A DNA stretch of 64,000 nt from Clostridiales bacterium UBA7001. Its GTDB lineage: Bacteria; Bacillota; Clostridia; TANB77; CAG-508. The notes beneath the pieces were generated by a model, which was not told where the DNA came from, did not search any database, and worked only from the letters and a program-made list of their open reading frames with translations. The first letter of the stretch is position 1. Each line of letters opens with the position of its first letter. The position numbers were made by a program, and so were the translations under genes. The stretch lies in assembly GCA_002449785.1 (NCBI GenBank), contig DJXP01000019.1:7287-71286 (forward strand), given 5' to 3'. Below, piece after piece: positions 62,355-64,000 of the stretch.

Positions 62355-64000
62355 TTAATTAAGTTTTGAAATATTTTCATCTGTTATATCTTCTGCAGTA
62401 ATAGTTTTTAGAGCAGTTTTTGAAGTTTCCTTTTTGGTGTTTGTTGCATGCTTTATAACTGATTTTTCATATAAGTTTCTAACAAATCTTGCATTTCCAA
62501 AACCTTCTGTATGACGATATTTTTCTATTATTTCTCGAGATTTTTCTAATGCTTTTTCATCAACGATAAATCCTGATTTTTTAAACATTGATTGCAAAAT
62601 TTGTATAAGTTCATCTACTGTATAATCTTTAAACTCAAGAGTATAACCAATTCTAGAAATAATACCTGAATTAGATTTTAAAAAGGCATCCATTTCTTTT
62701 GTGTATCCTGCAAATATAACAACTAAGTTATCTCTATAATTTTCCATAGCTTGAATTAATGTTGCTATACATTCTTCATTAAATGTTGTAGCTTGTCCAG
62801 GTTTTGTAGCAAGGGAATAAGCTTCATCTATAAATAAAACTCCGCCTAAAGCTTTTTCAATAACTTCCATTGTTTTTGGTGCAGTTTGACCAACATATTG
62901 TCCAATTAAATCTTTTGCTGAAACTTCTATTAACTTATTTTGTTCGATATAATCTAAATTATATAAAATACCAGCAACCATTCTTGCAACTGTTGTTTTA
63001 CCAGTACCAGGATTTCCTAGAAATACCATGTGAAGATTTGTGTCTTTTATTTTCAAATATGAACCAGATTTTTTCTTAAATTCAATCAAATCTACTAAGT
63101 CTGTAAGCATTTGTTTAACATTATCAAGCCCAACTAGTTCATTTAACTCTTTAAATATTTCATCTATAGATTTATTTTTTTCAAATTCTGGAATTGTAGA
63201 ATCATTAATAATGTCATCGTTTTTATTGAATAATATTTTTTCAATTGTTGAAGAAATATATTCTGGAGATGATAATGTTGTTTTGTTATATGTTTCATTT
63301 ATATAATCTAATAGTTTTATTTCAAACTCACCTGTTAATATATAATCTTTTTTTAATGTATTTAATATAGATTGATATATTTCTTGTGCATCAGGTGGAA
63401 CTGTAAATAGTTCATAATCAAAAATCTTATCTTTTAAAGTAGTATTTGTAGTAAAAATGCTATCTACTTTTTCTTTACTTGTATCTGAAATAATTGTTGT
63501 TATTCCATCTAAATTAGAATAGTCTAATATTGTAGATTCCCATACATTTAATATTTTATCTCTAATACTTTTATCTTGATTTAAAAGCCCATGTGCATCT
63601 TTGAAAACTACTAAGCTATTTTTTACAGAATATAGTTCTGTAATATTATTTGAATCTTCTACTACAAAGAAAGATCTTTGTACAGCTTCATCATTTTTCA
63701 TATAATTGAAAAATGTAAAACTATCTATTATTATATTTACAATTTCAAATAAAAATTCATCATTATCTGCATATATTCTCATATTAAATGGAATGTATTT
63801 ATTAACTATTTTTTCATCAAATTTATGTGCATATTCTATCATTTTTTTAAGAACTATTTTTGACTCTTCAGAAAGATGTGAATTGTCTATTCTATTGTAA
63901 AAGTCATTTATTTTTTCTTTTCTTTCTTCTTCAGTTAATATTTGAGTTTTTTCCTTCTCAGTTTGCCCATTTGAAGCTGTTTCGTTCTTATTATCAGTAC
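62355..64000 (-). CDS. SpoVK/CbbX-family AAA+ ATPase (5' end probably outside the window)
   Basis: HMVFLGNPGTGKTTVAR, GGVLFIDEAYSL, GNARFVRN; the frame stays open upstream of 63842 to the window edge. Confidence 0.88.
   Translation of the reverse strand, partial: TDNKNETASNGQTEKEKTQILTEEERKEKINDFYNRIDNSHLSEESKIVLKKMIEYAHKFDEKIVNKYIPFNMRIYADNDEFLFEIVNIIIDSFTFFNYMKNDEAVQRSFFVVEDSNNITELYSVKNSLVVFKDAHGLLNQDKSIRDKILNVWESTILDYSNLDGITTIISDTSKEKVDSIFTTNTTLKDKIFDYELFTVPPDAQEIYQSILNTLKKDYILTGEFEIKLLDYINETYNKTTLSSPEYISSTIEKILFNKNDDIINDSTIPEFEKNKSIDEIFKELNELVGLDNVKQMLTDLVDLIEFKKKSGSYLKIKDTNLHMVFLGNPGTGKTTVARMVAGILYNLDYIEQNKLIEVSAKDLIGQYVGQTAPKTMEVIEKALGGVLFIDEAYSLATKPGQATTFNEECIATLIQAMENYRDNLVVIFAGYTKEMDAFLKSNSGIISRIGYTLEFKDYTVDELIQILQSMFKKSGFIVDEKALEKSREIIEKYRHTEGFGNARFVRNLYEKSVIKHATNTKKETSKTALKTITAEDITDENISKLN

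Overview
Chromosomal replication-origin region of a very AT-rich, apparently spore-forming Clostridia-like bacterium (lineage is inferred from gene content only). The core block is gyrA...gyrB-recF-dnaN-oriC-dnaA / rpmH-rnpA-yidD-yidC-jag-mnmE-mnmG-rsmG-parA-parB, with pcrA and a dnaD/dnaC-like pair on the left and ordinary metabolic, envelope and sporulation genes on the right. Three things stand out. (1) A minimal type IV secretion/conjugation-like gene set is split into two operons interleaved with core replication genes: VirD4-like coupling ATPase, VirB2-like pilin, VirB6-like and PrgI-like genes sit between pcrA and dnaD, while an unannotated ATA-start ORF, a VirB4-like ATPase, a TadZ/MinD-like ATPase and a hypothetical gene sit between gyrB and gyrA. 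No integrase, relaxase or att site is visible in the window, and several of these genes appear to use non-AUG starts. (2) tRNA-Thr(UGU) is interrupted at position 36/37 by a 232-nt group I intron and is immediately followed by a free-standing HNH endonuclease gene. (3) A ~5 kb extremely AT-rich non-coding island beside parAB carries two tRNA-Ser genes, DnaA-box-like ends and several families of oriented repeats. Also noted: a UDP-sugar pyrophosphorylase/phosphohexomutase fusion, a REP-like dispersed repeat, unannotated small membrane peptides and a methyltransferase pseudogene. All family assignments are by eye from motifs and synteny; no database searches were run.
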